64,000 nt of DNA, taken from positions 34,115-98,114 of the forward strand of contig NW_005434534.1 in NCBI RefSeq assembly GCF_000315625.1, read 5' to 3'. The position numbers were made by a program, and so were the translations under genes. Within the stretch, counting starts at the first letter, position 1. Each line of letters begins with the position of its first letter. Shown here piece after piece: positions 10,951-26,373 of this stretch. The notes under the pieces were generated by a model that saw only the letters and a program-made list of their open reading frames with translations, had not been told where the DNA came from and did no database searches. The stretch is from Guillardia theta CCMP2712 (Eukaryota; Protista; Cryptophyta).

Positions 10951-12099
10951 AAATGAGCATGAATGAAGTTTTACTCGCAGAAGGTAAAAAGTGCCTCAAG
11001 CAGTGCCGGGTCTGCTGACAGTTGCCCGCAGTGCTGGTTACTTTTGGTCTTGTTTTCTGGTGTGTGTTTGTGCAGCTTCTCGCTGTGGCGCTGTGTGCAT
11101 GCAGGTTTAGCTTGTTCCTGCTTTGTTCTGCTTAAGGCACTTTTAATTTTCTGCGAGTAAAACTTCACGCTGTCTACGTGGCTTCCCGCGTGGGCTGGCA
11201 GTGTAGGGTTTGGTTGCCAGCAGTGCTGGTTACTTTCGGTCTTGTCTTCGAGTCTTTCGTGTGTTTGAGCCGCGTTTGTTGCTGTTGCTGTGGGCTGTCT
11301 CGTGCTTTCTTCTGCTTGAGGCACTTTTTACCTTCTGCGAGTAAAACACTGCCTCATAATACAGCAACAAATTTCTTCTGCTTGAGGCACTTTCTACCAT
11401 ACTGATGCGAGTAAAACTCTCCTATTTTTACCTTCAGCGAGTGAAGTTTTACTCGCAGAAGGTAAAAAGTGCCTCAAGCAAAACAAAGCAGGAACAAGCT
11501 AAGCCTGCAAGTAAAACTCACACTGACTCATACGCTGATGCTTCCACCGTCGGAGTCCGAGACCTCCGGCGAAGACTCCTCGGGCGACTCGAGAAAAGTC
11601 CGAGGAGGAGCTGTCCGGGAGTCTGGCTCGAGGAGCGCCTGCGCTCGCAAGGGAGTCATGCGCCGAGCAAGACCCTCATGCACACACTTCTGCATGAGGA
11701 TAAGGAGGAGGGAAGATTTAAGGAGTTTTACTCGCATAACGTAAACGTCTTGAGTTTTACTCGCATAAGGTAAAAAGTGCCTAAACAGTGCCTCAAGCAG
11801 AAGAAAGCAGCAACAAGCAAGTCCCTCATGCACATCCGGTCAGCGGGATAGGTAGGGGCAACCAAGACCTACACGCAACGACAAGAGCGGTACGAACACA
11901 GGGCGCATAATGGCGGTACCGTTCCAGTCCCCTGGCGCAGCAGCTGAGATATGACCCTCAACGGTGCCCCTGCTTTTACTGGCAGAAGGTAAAAAAGTGC
12001 CTCAAGCAAAATAAGCCGAACTGCCATGGCTCGAGAAGGTAAGAATTTTACTCGCATAAGTCAGAAAATGCCTCAAGCAGAAGAAAGTAGAACAATCGA

Positions 12100-15000
12100 G
12101 AGCAGCCCCCATCTGCAGCTTCTTCATCTCAGACGCCAGCACGAGCTTGTCATGTGCTCATCTCCTCGGCGAACACTCGGTGCAAGCGTCGTCCAAGCCC
12201 GGGGAGTTCTTGTCCTTGCGCACTCTCGACGCTTGTCAAGCAGACCAGGACGGCATGGTGACTCTCATAAAGGAGCCTCAAGATTTCTCTCGCAGCCTCT
12301 GCTACCAACATCAGCTCCATGACCTTCACATGCTGCTTGCACGAGCTCGACAACTTCGACAAGCTCGATCTCACTCACTCGCATGCTTCACGCTCTCCTC
12401 ATGGTCCCCGTGGATCGCATGCAGGATTGTTAGCCACAGCAGGGCATGGCCCATCTGCGGGCTCTCAGCAGCGAAACGCCGCGCGATGGAAGCCTGCCAA
12501 GGAGGGATGAGGAAACGAAAGACAAGAAAGCAGAACCAAGGAGTCCTTGGCCTCGTAAAGAGCAGCCGTGACGTCACCTTCGTCAAGCCTGGTCGACAAG
12601 TCAGCTGAGGGAAAGGCGGGGGGAGGCACAACAGCATGTGGCTCAAGAGATCTTTAGCCTCGGCGATGGCTGGATGGCTCAAGCTCAACACCTTGGAGGC
12701 CTCTGACAACCAACTCGCCAGCCTCTTTCGCAGCTCCTCGCTGCCCGACGCTCAGCTCGACAAAAAAAGCTTCTCACTGACCGACTCATCCCGTTTGCCT
12801 GGTTCAGTAAGATTCTTCCTTGTTCCTCTACCTCCTCTGCTAGCGCTTGAGTCTTCAGTGGAACGCTCGCCCCGCAGCTGAAGCAGACGCCTTGATAGAA
12901 GGAGCAGGAAGATGCGATGTTGATCGCATCGGCAATCATAACCAGACGAGCATGGCAAATGTCAGGTAGCTGCTTGGCCCATCGCCTGCTCCCCTACCTG
13001 GATGCTTCGGATGTTTCATGCTGGCCACTCCTTGGCAGTCACTCACGCAGCAACGGAGCGGGTGGTACAAGAATTCTTCTTCGCTGACCCCAGCCTCTGC
13101 CTCCCTACAGCTGCGAAAGGTCAAGGTGAGCAGCATCAGCCCTCGCCCACCTCCCCCTACGTTTGACATTCACAATGGAAGAGATACTGAGACAAGAGCT
13201 GCCGGCGTCGCTCCGCCAAGCTTTCTTCTCCTCGTTGAGGGCCGTAGCAGTGCTCTAGGAGACGTCACACAGCTCTCGTACCTCTCCCGTCTCACCGATC
13301 TCTCCTCCACACGGGATGTCGCGGACTGCGCGGACGATCATCCTCGTCCCGTGGAAGGAGACGCTGACGTTGGCGTCGCAGCTGTGATTCATCATGCTCG
13401 CCACCTCCGCAGCTTCAGCATCCCATCACCGCGTCAAGCTCTCACCGGAAACAAACCCAACGCCACCCGCCAGCCGTCCGCCTCCTCGCCAGGCGCTCGG
13501 CTGTGACGATGGTGGATAGCAAACCCGTTGAGTCGGACCTGACGGTTGACAGTCAACGGCAAGGCGAAGCTCTAGGGCTCACCTTGCAGAGAAACCTGAG
13601 CACGTGGGAGGAAGCGAGAGGCTCGCTCACTCCTCTCCCCCTTCTCAACTCTGAAGGTAGAGATCGAACCCAACAGGCAGCTGCTGTTGCGCTACCTCTG
13701 GCCATGTCGCTCAGCAGGGAGCTGCAGCCATTGGGCGAGGGAGCGACAAGCTCCTCCATCCTGTCCTCGAGGCTCCTTACAACATCAACCACGTCGTCAG
13801 AGTCGCAGGAGGCTGCTCCTTCCTTGTGGCAACATCGGACTGAAGGAAGCACGTGAGCCTCCGCTCAGGGCAGATGGAAACACTGACCCGCCAGCACAAG
13901 CTCCTCCGGCAGGACAAGCGCCCATGGCCTGCGAACCAGCGGTAAAGTTGAGGAGATCATGGGAACAGCAAGAAGATGCTAGGAAATCGAGGGGAGAGAC
14001 ATGTGAGGAGAAGAGGGGAGGAGATGGGATGAGATGGGATGGGATGGGATGAGATGAGATGGGATGGGATGGGATGGGATGGGATGGGATGGGATGAGAT
14101 GGGATGAGATGGGATGGGATGAGATGGGATGAGATGGGATGAGATGGGATGGGATGGGATGGGATGGGATGGGATGGGATGGGATAGGATGGGATGGGAG
14201 GAGGGTATGGACCTGCCGTACTCATAGCCGTGCTTCTCTTCGTCGAGGTCACGGCATTTAAGTGAACAGAACCTGGGTCGAGGAAAGCCTCTGCTGCAGT
14301 CAGTGGATGGTAGGGAAGAAGCCGCAAAGATACCGGGCAGTGATGAAGGCTGACGGGTGAAGCCTCGACAAGCACCTACGACACCTTCATCCTGATGGAC
14401 CCGCCAGGAGCTTCGAACCAGGCACAAACCCTCTCGCGGAATGATTTCCTCACGACCATCTCGAAGGGCAAGTCCTCTATCAAGACTTCTCCTGCCCGAA
14501 CTTGCGCCTCTGCCAGTCACTCAGGTCCACCCAGCCCTCGCCTCGTGCACCTGCTATCAGACTCCTTCCCTTCCCCGTCGCTCTCGTCAGTTGCACCTTT
14601 GACGACTTTGACCTCGTGAGCCTCTCGCTAACTCGATCGCATGCACACGCGGGTGCTTGTCTGCCACCCTCCTCCCCTCCACTTCCCGCGCAGCTCAACA
14701 ATGCGCGCAGCATTCGATCCAGCTCCGCCTTCACCTCCTCCTCCTTGACCCGCGTCTGTGCGGTCTCGAGGTCTTGTACGGCTTCTTTCAGCCTCCCCAG
14801 GTGGCGGCATGCGAGTGATCGGCGATGATACGCCTTCAAGTTGTCTCCGTCGCACAGCAACGAGGCAGACGCGTCGAGGATCGCGGACTCCCAGCGTTTC
14901 AATTTCAAGTGACAGGCAGCACGGTTGCTGTAGAGCAGGGAGGCAAGGGTTCTGCCTTGCTCCGTCAGCTCGTTCACGTTGACAAGAGCTTCAGTGAAGC

Positions 15001-15519
15001 TGCTTGCTGCTGCTTCGAACCTCCCTCGAGCATACTCAGAGTTTCCTGCCGCCTTGAGTCGCATCGCCTCCTCGTGGTCCCCCATGCAATCAGCAACCTG
15101 TGACAGGCGTAACGAAGGGGCAGGAGGGCGGACAGACGCAGTCGGAGAAGTGTTGGGGGGCGGGAAGTGGAGGGCGGTAGAAGGAGGCGGAGGAGAAAGA
15201 TGACTACGATGAGGAGGAGCAGGAGGGTGAGAAGGAGGGGAGCGCAGGAGCAGGAGCGAAGAAGAGCAGGAGCAGGAGCAGGAGAGCAGGAGAGCAGGAG
15301 CAGCAGAGCAGGAGCAGCAGAAGCGCAAGAGAGCAGGAGAGCAGGAGCAGCAGAAGCGCAGGAGAGCAGGAGAGCAGGAGCAGGAGCAGGAGAGCAGGAG
15401 AGCAAGAGAGCAAGATGATGAGGAGAGACCTCGAGCGAGCACAAGGATGCGACTTGCTGCTGGAAGAGCTGGGACGAGGATAGCGCTGCCAGCATCTCCA
15501 TCACTGCGCTTTCCTTCAT
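12100..15519 (-). CDS. TPR + SET/MYND (SMYD4-like) lysine methyltransferase
   Basis: TPRs (LKAAGNSEYARGRFEAA, LYSNRAACHLKL, KAYHRRSLA); GKGRSLIA; MYND remnant RFCSLKCRD..H; SET RLNGFAI..ALGLFP..ASMMNHSCDANV..VRAVRDI; post-SET YLFHCECQTC. Confidence 0.85.
14022..14198. repeat. (GGATG/GAGAT)n pentamer microsatellite, intronic
   Basis: Directly visible. Confidence 0.95.
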
Positions 15520-15819
15520 GGTTTGGGATTACACAAAGTATCCAGATCCGCCTCAGTAATCAATTGAAGAATTTGAAAAGACAGCGAATCTCACTCCTCA
15601 AACTAACCTGCTTCTTTTCTCTGCCCACAGGTTGCTCCGACGGCTGCATTTCGCCCTCGTCCCGACTGTCTTCGGTCCCTCCTCCTCCCCTCCTCCTCCC
15701 CTGCCTCTACTCTGTCTTCTCCTCCCTTCATCTTTGCCCCCTTGCTCGTCAACTCTCACATCTCCGTCCTCTCCGCTCCTTTCCAGCTCCAGCCCCAGCC
15801 CCTACTCGTTGCACGTGCA

Positions 15820-18338
<2,519 letters not shown>

Positions 18339-18579
18339 CCCGAGGGGGAGGGGGAGGAGGGGGAGGAGGAGAGGACTTTATTAAGCACCAGGCTGTATTG
18401 AACATCAAACGATTAACTTACAAGGGACGAGCTGGAGGGTCTGAAGGTGATCTCAGTTGGGCATTAGCCGGAGGTGCTCGCAAACAATAAGGTCAATAGC
18501 TCAGGCTTGACTTCCTAACTTAATGAGCGAGCGAAACGTCAGGGGCGTCAAGACCCGCGTCGTGTGCGTCTCTTGTCCT

Positions 18580-21500
18580 CCTACCTCATGGTCAGCATGG
18601 ACCTCGCACATGGGGTGGGGTGGTCTGTTGCAAGGGGGGTGGGGATAGAGGAGGCACCTTGCTCGGTCTCATACACTTCCTGCTTGGTGATGACGTTGAT
18701 CTTGTGGTTGATGATGGCCCAGTCAAGCCAGTCGAGAAGCTCCTCAGCTCCATTCTGCTTACATTGTCATGCACGTGGACAAAGGACAAGGAAGAAAGTG
18801 ATCTGAGACCGCAGGGGAGTTGACGTCGAAGAATGGATTAAGCTGACTGAGCTTGGTGCAGAATTCATCTTCAGTGATCTCGTTGTCAAACTTCTTGTGC
18901 GGATTCTTGTTCTCTCTGTCGATGTCAACAAAGATGGCATCTATCATCTGGTCTGTGAGGTATTCTGAGCTGAACCCCCCAAGATAGTCCACCTGAAAAA
19001 AAAGACAGAGAGAGAGTCAAGAGATGGAGGGGAGCGAGGAGGGCGAGGAAAGAAAACTCACTGTCTGCTCGAAGAGGATGCCGTTGAGTCCGTCTCCGAG
19101 CTCCAAGACCAAGTCTTCGACCTCGTGATCTTCGATCACCATCCCGATCTGATGGAAGAACGCCTGCACGTCGCTCCTCGGGATGTATCTTGTCCCGCTC
19201 CGTTCTCGACACTCACGCTCGAACCTGCCACGGGTGAGGTCGCGACGACGAAACCTTGAGGTCTCACATCTCAAACACGTCCTTGATCTCCGAGAGGTGA
19301 GACGTCTCCGCGTCCCTCGAGAGCTTCTCGAGCTTTAGAATGCGACGAGCATATCCTCGAAGGGTATGGAGCAGGCGAGTAACGAAGAATTTTCTCCTCG
19401 CCTTGATCTCCATCTCGACTGTGTGAACGGTCTTTCTCCTTCTCATCATCTCGATGCTAGTGACAAGCACGTAGAGCTTCATGACCTGCGGGAGGTAGTA
19501 GTACATCATGATCGACGGACACAAGATGGCCATGATGAGCAGAGTGACAGTATGAGCTGCTCGGGTCACCAGGTCCTCGCCGAACCGAAAGACGAAGAGA
19601 GAGAAGTAGACAGAACCAAGAAAGGAGCAGGTACGGATGATGTGCATCATCACATGAGGCCCTGAGATGCCAAACCAAAACAGCCGCTCTTGAGGATTCG
19701 GGTTTCTTGTTCCATTGCATAGCTTGTAGAACCAGCCCTTCTCCTCTGCCGTGGTCAAGCTCTGCCTGTCGTCTTCGCGCGCTCGAGAGATGTAAAAGGG
19801 AACCATTGTTCCTTCTGCAATATGACCGTCATATCGGACTAACATCATATAGATGTCCAAGAGCTTGTTCCTCATGATGATCATGATTGCGAGCAAAAGG
19901 ATGCCGAGAAGCAAGAAAACTGCGATCTTTACGTCTTCGTGGGGGATCATCATGAAGAAGCGAGCTAACACGATGAGGAGCAAGATGATGCCCCAGGTCT
20001 CCGGCTCCACTTGCACCATCTCATTGAAGGTTTCTGTCGTGCATTCTTTGAGGTATTGGGAGAAACGGAAAGAAGAGTCGAGAGCCTTGTGGGAAATTTT
20101 GAGGGGGGGATTCAAGAAGCTGTGCCTCATCACACACTGCACCCAACATCACCGCCTTCACGCAATGTCACATCGACTCACGTAGCACTTCACTTCTCTC
20201 GAAACCCCTTCGAACTCTGGTGAAGTGAACAATTCTGAGATGCTCTTCTCTGCAAAGAATTTTAGATGATCATCAACTTCATGACTGCTGACCTGTCTTT
20301 GCATTTTGAATGGCAAACAATTCGAACTTTTCCCACTCATCACAATATCTTTTGAATCTCCACAACGTGCATCCAACCAACGTGACAAACAGCACCACTA
20401 TGAGAAACAAGAGGATATGGGCCATGTCAAACATCTCAACGAGTTCCGAGGGAGTGCCAAAAATCTGAAGTATAATCAATTCACTTCGATCACATCGCGA
20501 TGACCAAACTTGCCGCTGTGGATATCTGCTGGGGTAACCCCGTCTTGACAGACATGAAGACGAGCAAGGCTATACAGCCCAACACCTGGAGTGAAACAAT
20601 GAACGCATGAGGTCGAAAAGCGGAGCTCACCGTCAGCTCTTTGAACAGAGTTTCGATCACTGGCTTCGAAAAATGCGAGCTCATTGCATGAATTTTGTGT
20701 GCCGTAAAGTCGATGAGGACAGTGACCAAGACAATGATGGTCAGAATAGCAATCACAACGTTTCTTGCTCGATTCGTCTCAGACAATCTTGCAAGCAATT
20801 CAGCTGGCATAATCGTCACATCTCTTTCCTCACAAGTGCAAGACGACCTTTTTTCTCTTCGTACTCTTTTCTTAAAGCTGCTTGTCTCATCGCCTTCCTC
20901 TTCAAGTGAATCCGCACAGCCTCATCAGGATGCTCCTCCGAAAACTTCACCTGGTTGACATGTCAGCGTCACATTCAGCACAGACATTGTTTTCGTAGAT
21001 GAAGCAGAAAGTAACAATACTTTATCTTTCAGATACTCCTCCTCCTCAGGGGATTGGTTGCCATAATCAACATTTAGATCCATGGAGACGTTTGATTTTG
21101 GCTGGGCTGAATTCAGCAAGAGGAAAAGCAATGGAAGGAGACCCACTGTTGCGCCGTTGGTGAGCTGCTGGGAGGCCAAAACCTCTTTCTCGCTCAACGA
21201 CAACTTTTGATCAACATGTCTTATTGTTGGTGAGTCCGTAAACAAGAAATAGGCGGCGATGCAGATGCAAAGCAAGGAGGCGAACTGATGCCGTCCCGAC
21301 ATCTGAAATCCAGTTGTCAACGTTTATAGATAGTTGCCGCTCGACAGCATCAGTCGCATAGCCTCAGCCTCCTTCCAAGTCAAAACTTAGAACGGGATCT
21401 ACTCACTACAAACACTGGTCAAGCCCCAGAAGTACCTGCTTCCTAATGTCCTCTTGCTATTTGTTCTCATCCATGCACAGTAGGGCAATTTCTGTACTTT

Positions 21501-21656
21501 CTTCACGACCTCATGATAGAACAAGGAAAATATGACTGCAACATCATTGCGAAGACAGGACCTCCATTCCCTCCATCTCATCCTTCCCCTCTCATCAAAG
21601 TTTGCCCGCTCTTTATCCCTCGTCGTCTCCCATAGCCATCTTACCTTACTTGCCAT
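18580..21656 (-). CDS. MLO-family multi-pass membrane protein with EF-hand-like C-terminal region
   Basis: MLO-like motifs: IETLFKELTVLGCIALL, AHILLFLIVVLFV, WEKFE, MRHSF, FRFSQYLKEC..VQVEPETW, ERLFWFG..MHIIRT, YLPQ..LYVLVTSI; tail IFVDIDRE..EITEDEF. Confidence 0.72.
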
Positions 21657-23409
21657 GGCCTACCGCTGCCCGAAATAGTAGAGAAAGCCCACCCCTGCTG
21701 CCCCCTGGTATGATCCAGTAGGGGTTCTCTTTGAGAATACCCACCCCCTGAATGATGCATACGAGAACAGGGGTCACAGTCTTGGGGGTACCCTAATCGG
21801 GCGCGGAGGGGACCCGGCCCGGCCCGGCGGCGCCGCCGCGGCCGGGGCCCGGCGGCGTGAGCGGCTCACTGTCAGTGACAGGCCGCCTCAGTGATCTGAT
21901 CGGACAGTAATCGGTGACCGTCGGAGCCTGGAGTATGTAGTACTGCGAGCCTCGGAGCGGCTAGCCTAGTACAGTACGGCTCAGCTGCCGCAGCCGGGAT
22001 CCGATGATCCGGCGGACGGCCGGGCCGCCGCACCGTCACTGCCGCGCCGCACAGGGCCGTGGCACGGCGAGCGGACCGGCCACGCCGTTGAACCGGGTCC
22101 GATCGGATCATCGGCGGCCGGGCGGACCCGGCGGCAAGTTGTGACCGGCTCTGCCGCGGTGCAGGCCGCGGCTGCCCTGAGCCTCGGAGAGCCTGGAGGA
22201 TGAGCGGCAAGCCACATAGCGTTATGGTCACTACTACCGTACCGTACGGTACGTTCCGAAGTTCAGTCATCGGCGTTACCGTACGGTACCGTACTGCCAG
22301 GCTGGGCCGTAGTACAGTACGGTCCGATCGGCGGCGGCAAGTACCGTCGGCGGCGAGTCGGACTCGGGCTCAGCACCGTCAGGCTCGTGACTGTTCAACG
22401 GGCACGGTTCAACGGTTGTCACCGAGCGAGTCACTAACTGAGACGCCGGGCCGGGGACTGGGCGCCGGGCCCCCATGGGCCGGGCCCGGCGGCCCGGGGG
22501 CGGCCCGGACCGTCGGTCCAAACTTTTAGTTCAATAATAATTATTAACTTTTAAAGTGAAGGCCTGAATGCCAGAGAGAGAGAGAAGCGAGAAGCGACAA
22601 GACAGGGGATGAGAGGGCTGAAGCAGGGAAAGTCTCTCAGAAAGTCTCTCTCAGAAGCGAGGTCTGGGGAAGGTAGAGGAGGGAGGAGGCCAAGGATGAC
22701 AAGGAGGTCAGGTAGATCAATTTTGACCCACATCGGCTGTTTGATCTCTCTGCTATCATTAGCTTTGTGAGATTCGGTAAACATTTCTTCTTTCAAGTTG
22801 AACTACTTGGCATGAAACTTAACTTGATGAGATGAGCATGACGCGTTGTCAGCCAGGCATACAAACTTACTGTTTGAGTTTGCTTACAGATCGTGTGTTT
22901 CATGGATCCGATTTCACAACTTGTATTTTGAGGTGAGATGTCGATGAGATTTGCTAGTGCACAAGAAAGAACCTGGTGGAGTCAAAGTGAAGACTTCTGG
23001 AATATTCCGCATGATCAGTCTTACAAGACATCAAGTGTGAAGAATGCAGAAGCCCTTGCCGATGAGAGTGAAAAATCCTCTCCAGCAGCCTCCAATGATA
23101 GCCTTCACATGACGATCGAGGCTTCGCCAAAGAGGAAGACCCGTAACATTCATTTGGATGCAAACACAGAGTTTGTGGTTAAGAGAGAACGATCAGGAAT
23201 GCTTCTCCAACACAGGTGACCCTTGTCATCTTTGTCCTTCATCCTGCACTCATACCCGAGATCCAGATTCTGTCCATGGGACGGGTTTGAATATCATCCC
23301 CTGGACAATATCTGCTCTATATGTGGATCTACAAGATCAAGAGCGGGTTATGCCGGGGCCAACCATAACGCACGTGTTCTTCGCTGGTCCTATGGTTACT
23401 GATGCAGTG

Positions 23410-25008
23410 TAGGTGCTGGCGAAACTGCTTCTGCCACCATGGGAAAGAGTTCTATGGAAGAAGCAGGTTGGTGCTTGCGTCGGCTCGTGTAGTCGTGACA
23501 TGCGATGAAGCCATACGAAGACAACTACGTGGACAGAACCTTCCTCGAGTCGCTCGGTGAGCTCGCATGGATCGTTTCCTGTCACGATCATGATGAGCCC
23601 GCCTCATCTCCTTCTTTGCTGCCTGCCAAGCTCAAGCTGACTCTCATACTTTCAGTCACCAACGCAAATTTCCATGCGTATGACGCGTGGCAAGTGAGTC
23701 ACTTGGATGCATCCGCTGCATCTCTCATCTTCGTTGCAGATCACCAAGGACAGTGTAGTTGTGTCACAGCACCTGGCAGGTGCTTGCGATGAGAGCTTTC
23801 GAAACACACAACGATCCAAGTGACGTTTGTGAAGGGACTGTACTCTTCCTTGGGATCGCCTACCTCACCAACTATCGATCTCTGGATCTTTCCTACATGC
23901 TTGCTCTTGATATAGTCCTAGGTGCTTCTTCTTTTGCAGCTGCTAGAACGTGAAATTCTTCCTTCAGGAGCAGCAGGTTGCATGGCAATGCTCCTTGCAT
24001 GGTTGTCTCACAACGGCAAGACCGAATTACGTGATTTGTCGTTTCCTGCCTCTATGCTGTTCCATGTTGGTGTCTCATGGTTGTTGTCACAATATTTGAT
24101 GCTTTGATCAGCTTCAAGGAGGACTGACTTGGGACAACATCATCCTGCTTGTTCCGCTCTATGGCAGAGCGACCTTTTTGTTCATTGTTGCGTTATGCAT
24201 CTTGGTATCTTCTTTTCGGACCCCGAGTTCACAACGTGTAAAGTTTTGGCAGTCCCCAATCTTGAGGACCTTGACTCTGACGATCAGCGATGACACTGTC
24301 GCGGTCATGGCCATAACCTTCCTCTCGGTTCCCTTCTATCAGCATCAGTGCCTGCTGACCAAGTCACGTGCAGGTCAACTTGTTGTGCCACGACTACCGA
24401 TGGGTCAACGGACGGTCGTCAGCGTTTGGCGGCAGCGTGCGAACATCATTTGGAGGAGTATCAGTGTGGGTTGAGGAGACATGCAGGTCTCGCTGAATGC
24501 TGCCATGTTCGTTTCGGTCATCCTCGCTTCACGAGCTTCCTCCAACCTCCACGTCGCCCTCCTTATGTGCTGTGCCGTCGAAGTCTTTGCACTCGCGCCA
24601 AGAGTGTATCGGCAGGTCTGAACTTGAGCCGAGCTGAAACTTACAGCCGAGCTGAAACTGACCCGAGGATAGGTGAAGCTTTCTTCCGAAGTCGCTCACG
24701 GCATTGTCACCTCTTGTCTCGTGTTGATCTCATTAGCCCTGCTCTTCCACATCAGTCCGGTACGGCCTGCAAGGTACCTCGCTGCCGCTGATTCCTTTCA
24801 ATACAGCTGCTAGGCACAATCTTTGGATTCTTCGTTTTCTTTATAACCTGGATATGTCCACTCACTTTTCTGTACATTCAGAGATACAAGAACAAGATCA
24901 ATGGCCCGTGGGATGAGGTCAGTAACATTGCAGTGTAACTTGGGTTGAAAAGACGATCTGCTGATTTTTCTTCAGGCTGTTCCCATCAGGAGGAATGATC
25001 GGATTTGA
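23410..25008 (+). CDS. PIGC: Phosphatidylinositol N-acetylglucosaminyltransferase subunit C (GPI2); the true start may be further 5'
   Basis: PWERVLWKKQ/PYEDNYVDRTFL, SPILRTLTLTISDDT, SLNAAMFVSVILASR, IQRYKNKINGPWDEA. Confidence 0.92.
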
Positions 25009-25480
25009 AATAAAGTGTGAGAACGAGAAGCTGAAGGAGAGTTCCTGGCCATGGCTTGTTGATAGTGAGCGATTAACTTACATTTCATGGTGTTGTCAAC
25101 CTGCGTTGGAGTGAATAGCACATTTGGTTCTATCACACTCGAATGCTCTTATAGGTTCCAGACTTGCAATTCAAGTGATTGATGCATACCCGATTTGCTT
25201 GGCGATCGCCTGCTGAATCGCTCTGCTATTACTTCTTGCCTTGATCTGCTTGCTTGCTGGCTGCGAGAAAACTAGCAAATGTTTAAGCTCATCCAAGCAG
25301 GCAGATGCAAACTGGGATTTGTATATCTGACCAACGAACTGCACCGTCTGACGATTCGTATGGGGAAACATCTTCCGGGCAATAACCCGGCCTTTGTTGT
25401 CTTGTCTTCATCATCCTTGTCCTCAATGCCAAGCTTCGTCACTTGTGCTTTCAGGCTCTCTCGCGGCCGGCGAGCTAAAC

Positions 25481-25563
25481 AGGCAGAGGCAGAGGCAGAG
25501 GCAGAGGCAGAGGCAGAGGCAGAGGCAGAGGCAGAGGCAGAGGCAGAGGCAGAGGCAGAGGCA
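25481..25563. repeat. (GCAGAG)n hexamer microsatellite
   Basis: Directly visible. Confidence 0.95.
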
Positions 25564-26247
25564 CAAGATTTCATGCTAAGAAATGTCAATCCTCCATACT
25601 CATTGTCACGAAAGATGACAAGTCAAACCCTTCGACTGAGACGCGAGATGAGGAGCAACCTGAGAGCTTTCACGGATGTATTGAAGGGACGGAGGGTAAT
25701 AACCTGACAAGGGCTGCGAGAGGCCTGATCGGATGGACTCGCTCTCGTCAACCTTCGGCCGCAGCAGAGACAGGCAGAGGCTACTGACTGATGGTGGCGA
25801 GCAGACGCTGAGCAGAAACAAGGCCTGACAAGAAGACGGGAGCCCTCTTTATCGAGTCCAGCAGACCCCGCGAACCTCTAGGAGATTAGATAGAGCGAGA
25901 TCAGGATCAAGAAAGGCAGAGAGACTGACAAGAGGTGGAAGGGAAGAGAAGAGGAGGATGGGATGAGAAACGAGGTAAAGGCAGGGATGCGGAATGAGGC
26001 GGAAATGAAGTTGAGGACACCTCTGTTGCTTTCCTACTCCCCGAGGACAGGCGAGGGTGAGCGAATGAATCGGGAACAGGAATGAGTACGCGAAGACAAG
26101 AGAGGCTCTTGCTTGCAGCTTGCTGGCAGGGGCATGCATGGTTCATTGGATCTCATTGCAGATACAATCATCTCTCCTCTTATCACCCTCAAACTCAAAC
26201 GACAGATTGCTGAATGACACAAGCGAGGGGCTTTCCTCGTCAGGTAT

Positions 26248-26373
26248 GTCACGTCAGGGTGCGGCAGGTCACGTCAGGGTGCGGCAGGTCACGTCAGGGT
26301 GCGGCAGGTCACGTCAGGGTGCGGCAGGTCACGTCAGGGTGCGGCAGGTCACGTCAGGGTGCGGCAGGTCACG
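26248..26373. repeat. 20-bp tandem repeat (GTCACGTCAGGGTGCGGCAG) x~6
   Basis: Directly visible. Confidence 0.95.

Larger units (their letters stand above)
5932..12090. mobile_element. Scrambled cluster of nested, truncated copies of one repeat element (both orientations), with telomeric tracts and a retrotransposon relic
   Basis: About 20 copies of the terminus (GA/GT)TTTACT(G/C)GCAGAAGGTAAAAAGTGCCTCAAGCA; repeated Ser/Glu-rich ORF pieces (MQLTLEALLSG..EDYLERYRV); two N gaps. Confidence 0.85.

Noticed and set aside
5932-12090. CRISPR-like array (a ~35-bp motif recurring with variable sequence between)
   Set aside because: Copies are in both orientations, irregularly spaced and extend into longer shared sequence; the context is eukaryotic and no cas genes are present
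5932-12090. Fanzor/TnpB locus with omegaRNA
   Set aside because: No RuvC/zinc-finger Fanzor-like ORF is visible in any frame; the only nuclease relic is RLE-type
15517-15520. Divergent genes sharing one CATG as overlapping start codons
   Set aside because: A more natural start for the + gene is at 15820 (MSLKFLRWAND..) and the SMYD gene has alternative Mets; cannot be supported without cDNA
25171-26140. Possible - strand multi-exon gene
   Set aside because: Exon-like pieces exist but I could not assemble a consistent frame or recognise a domain
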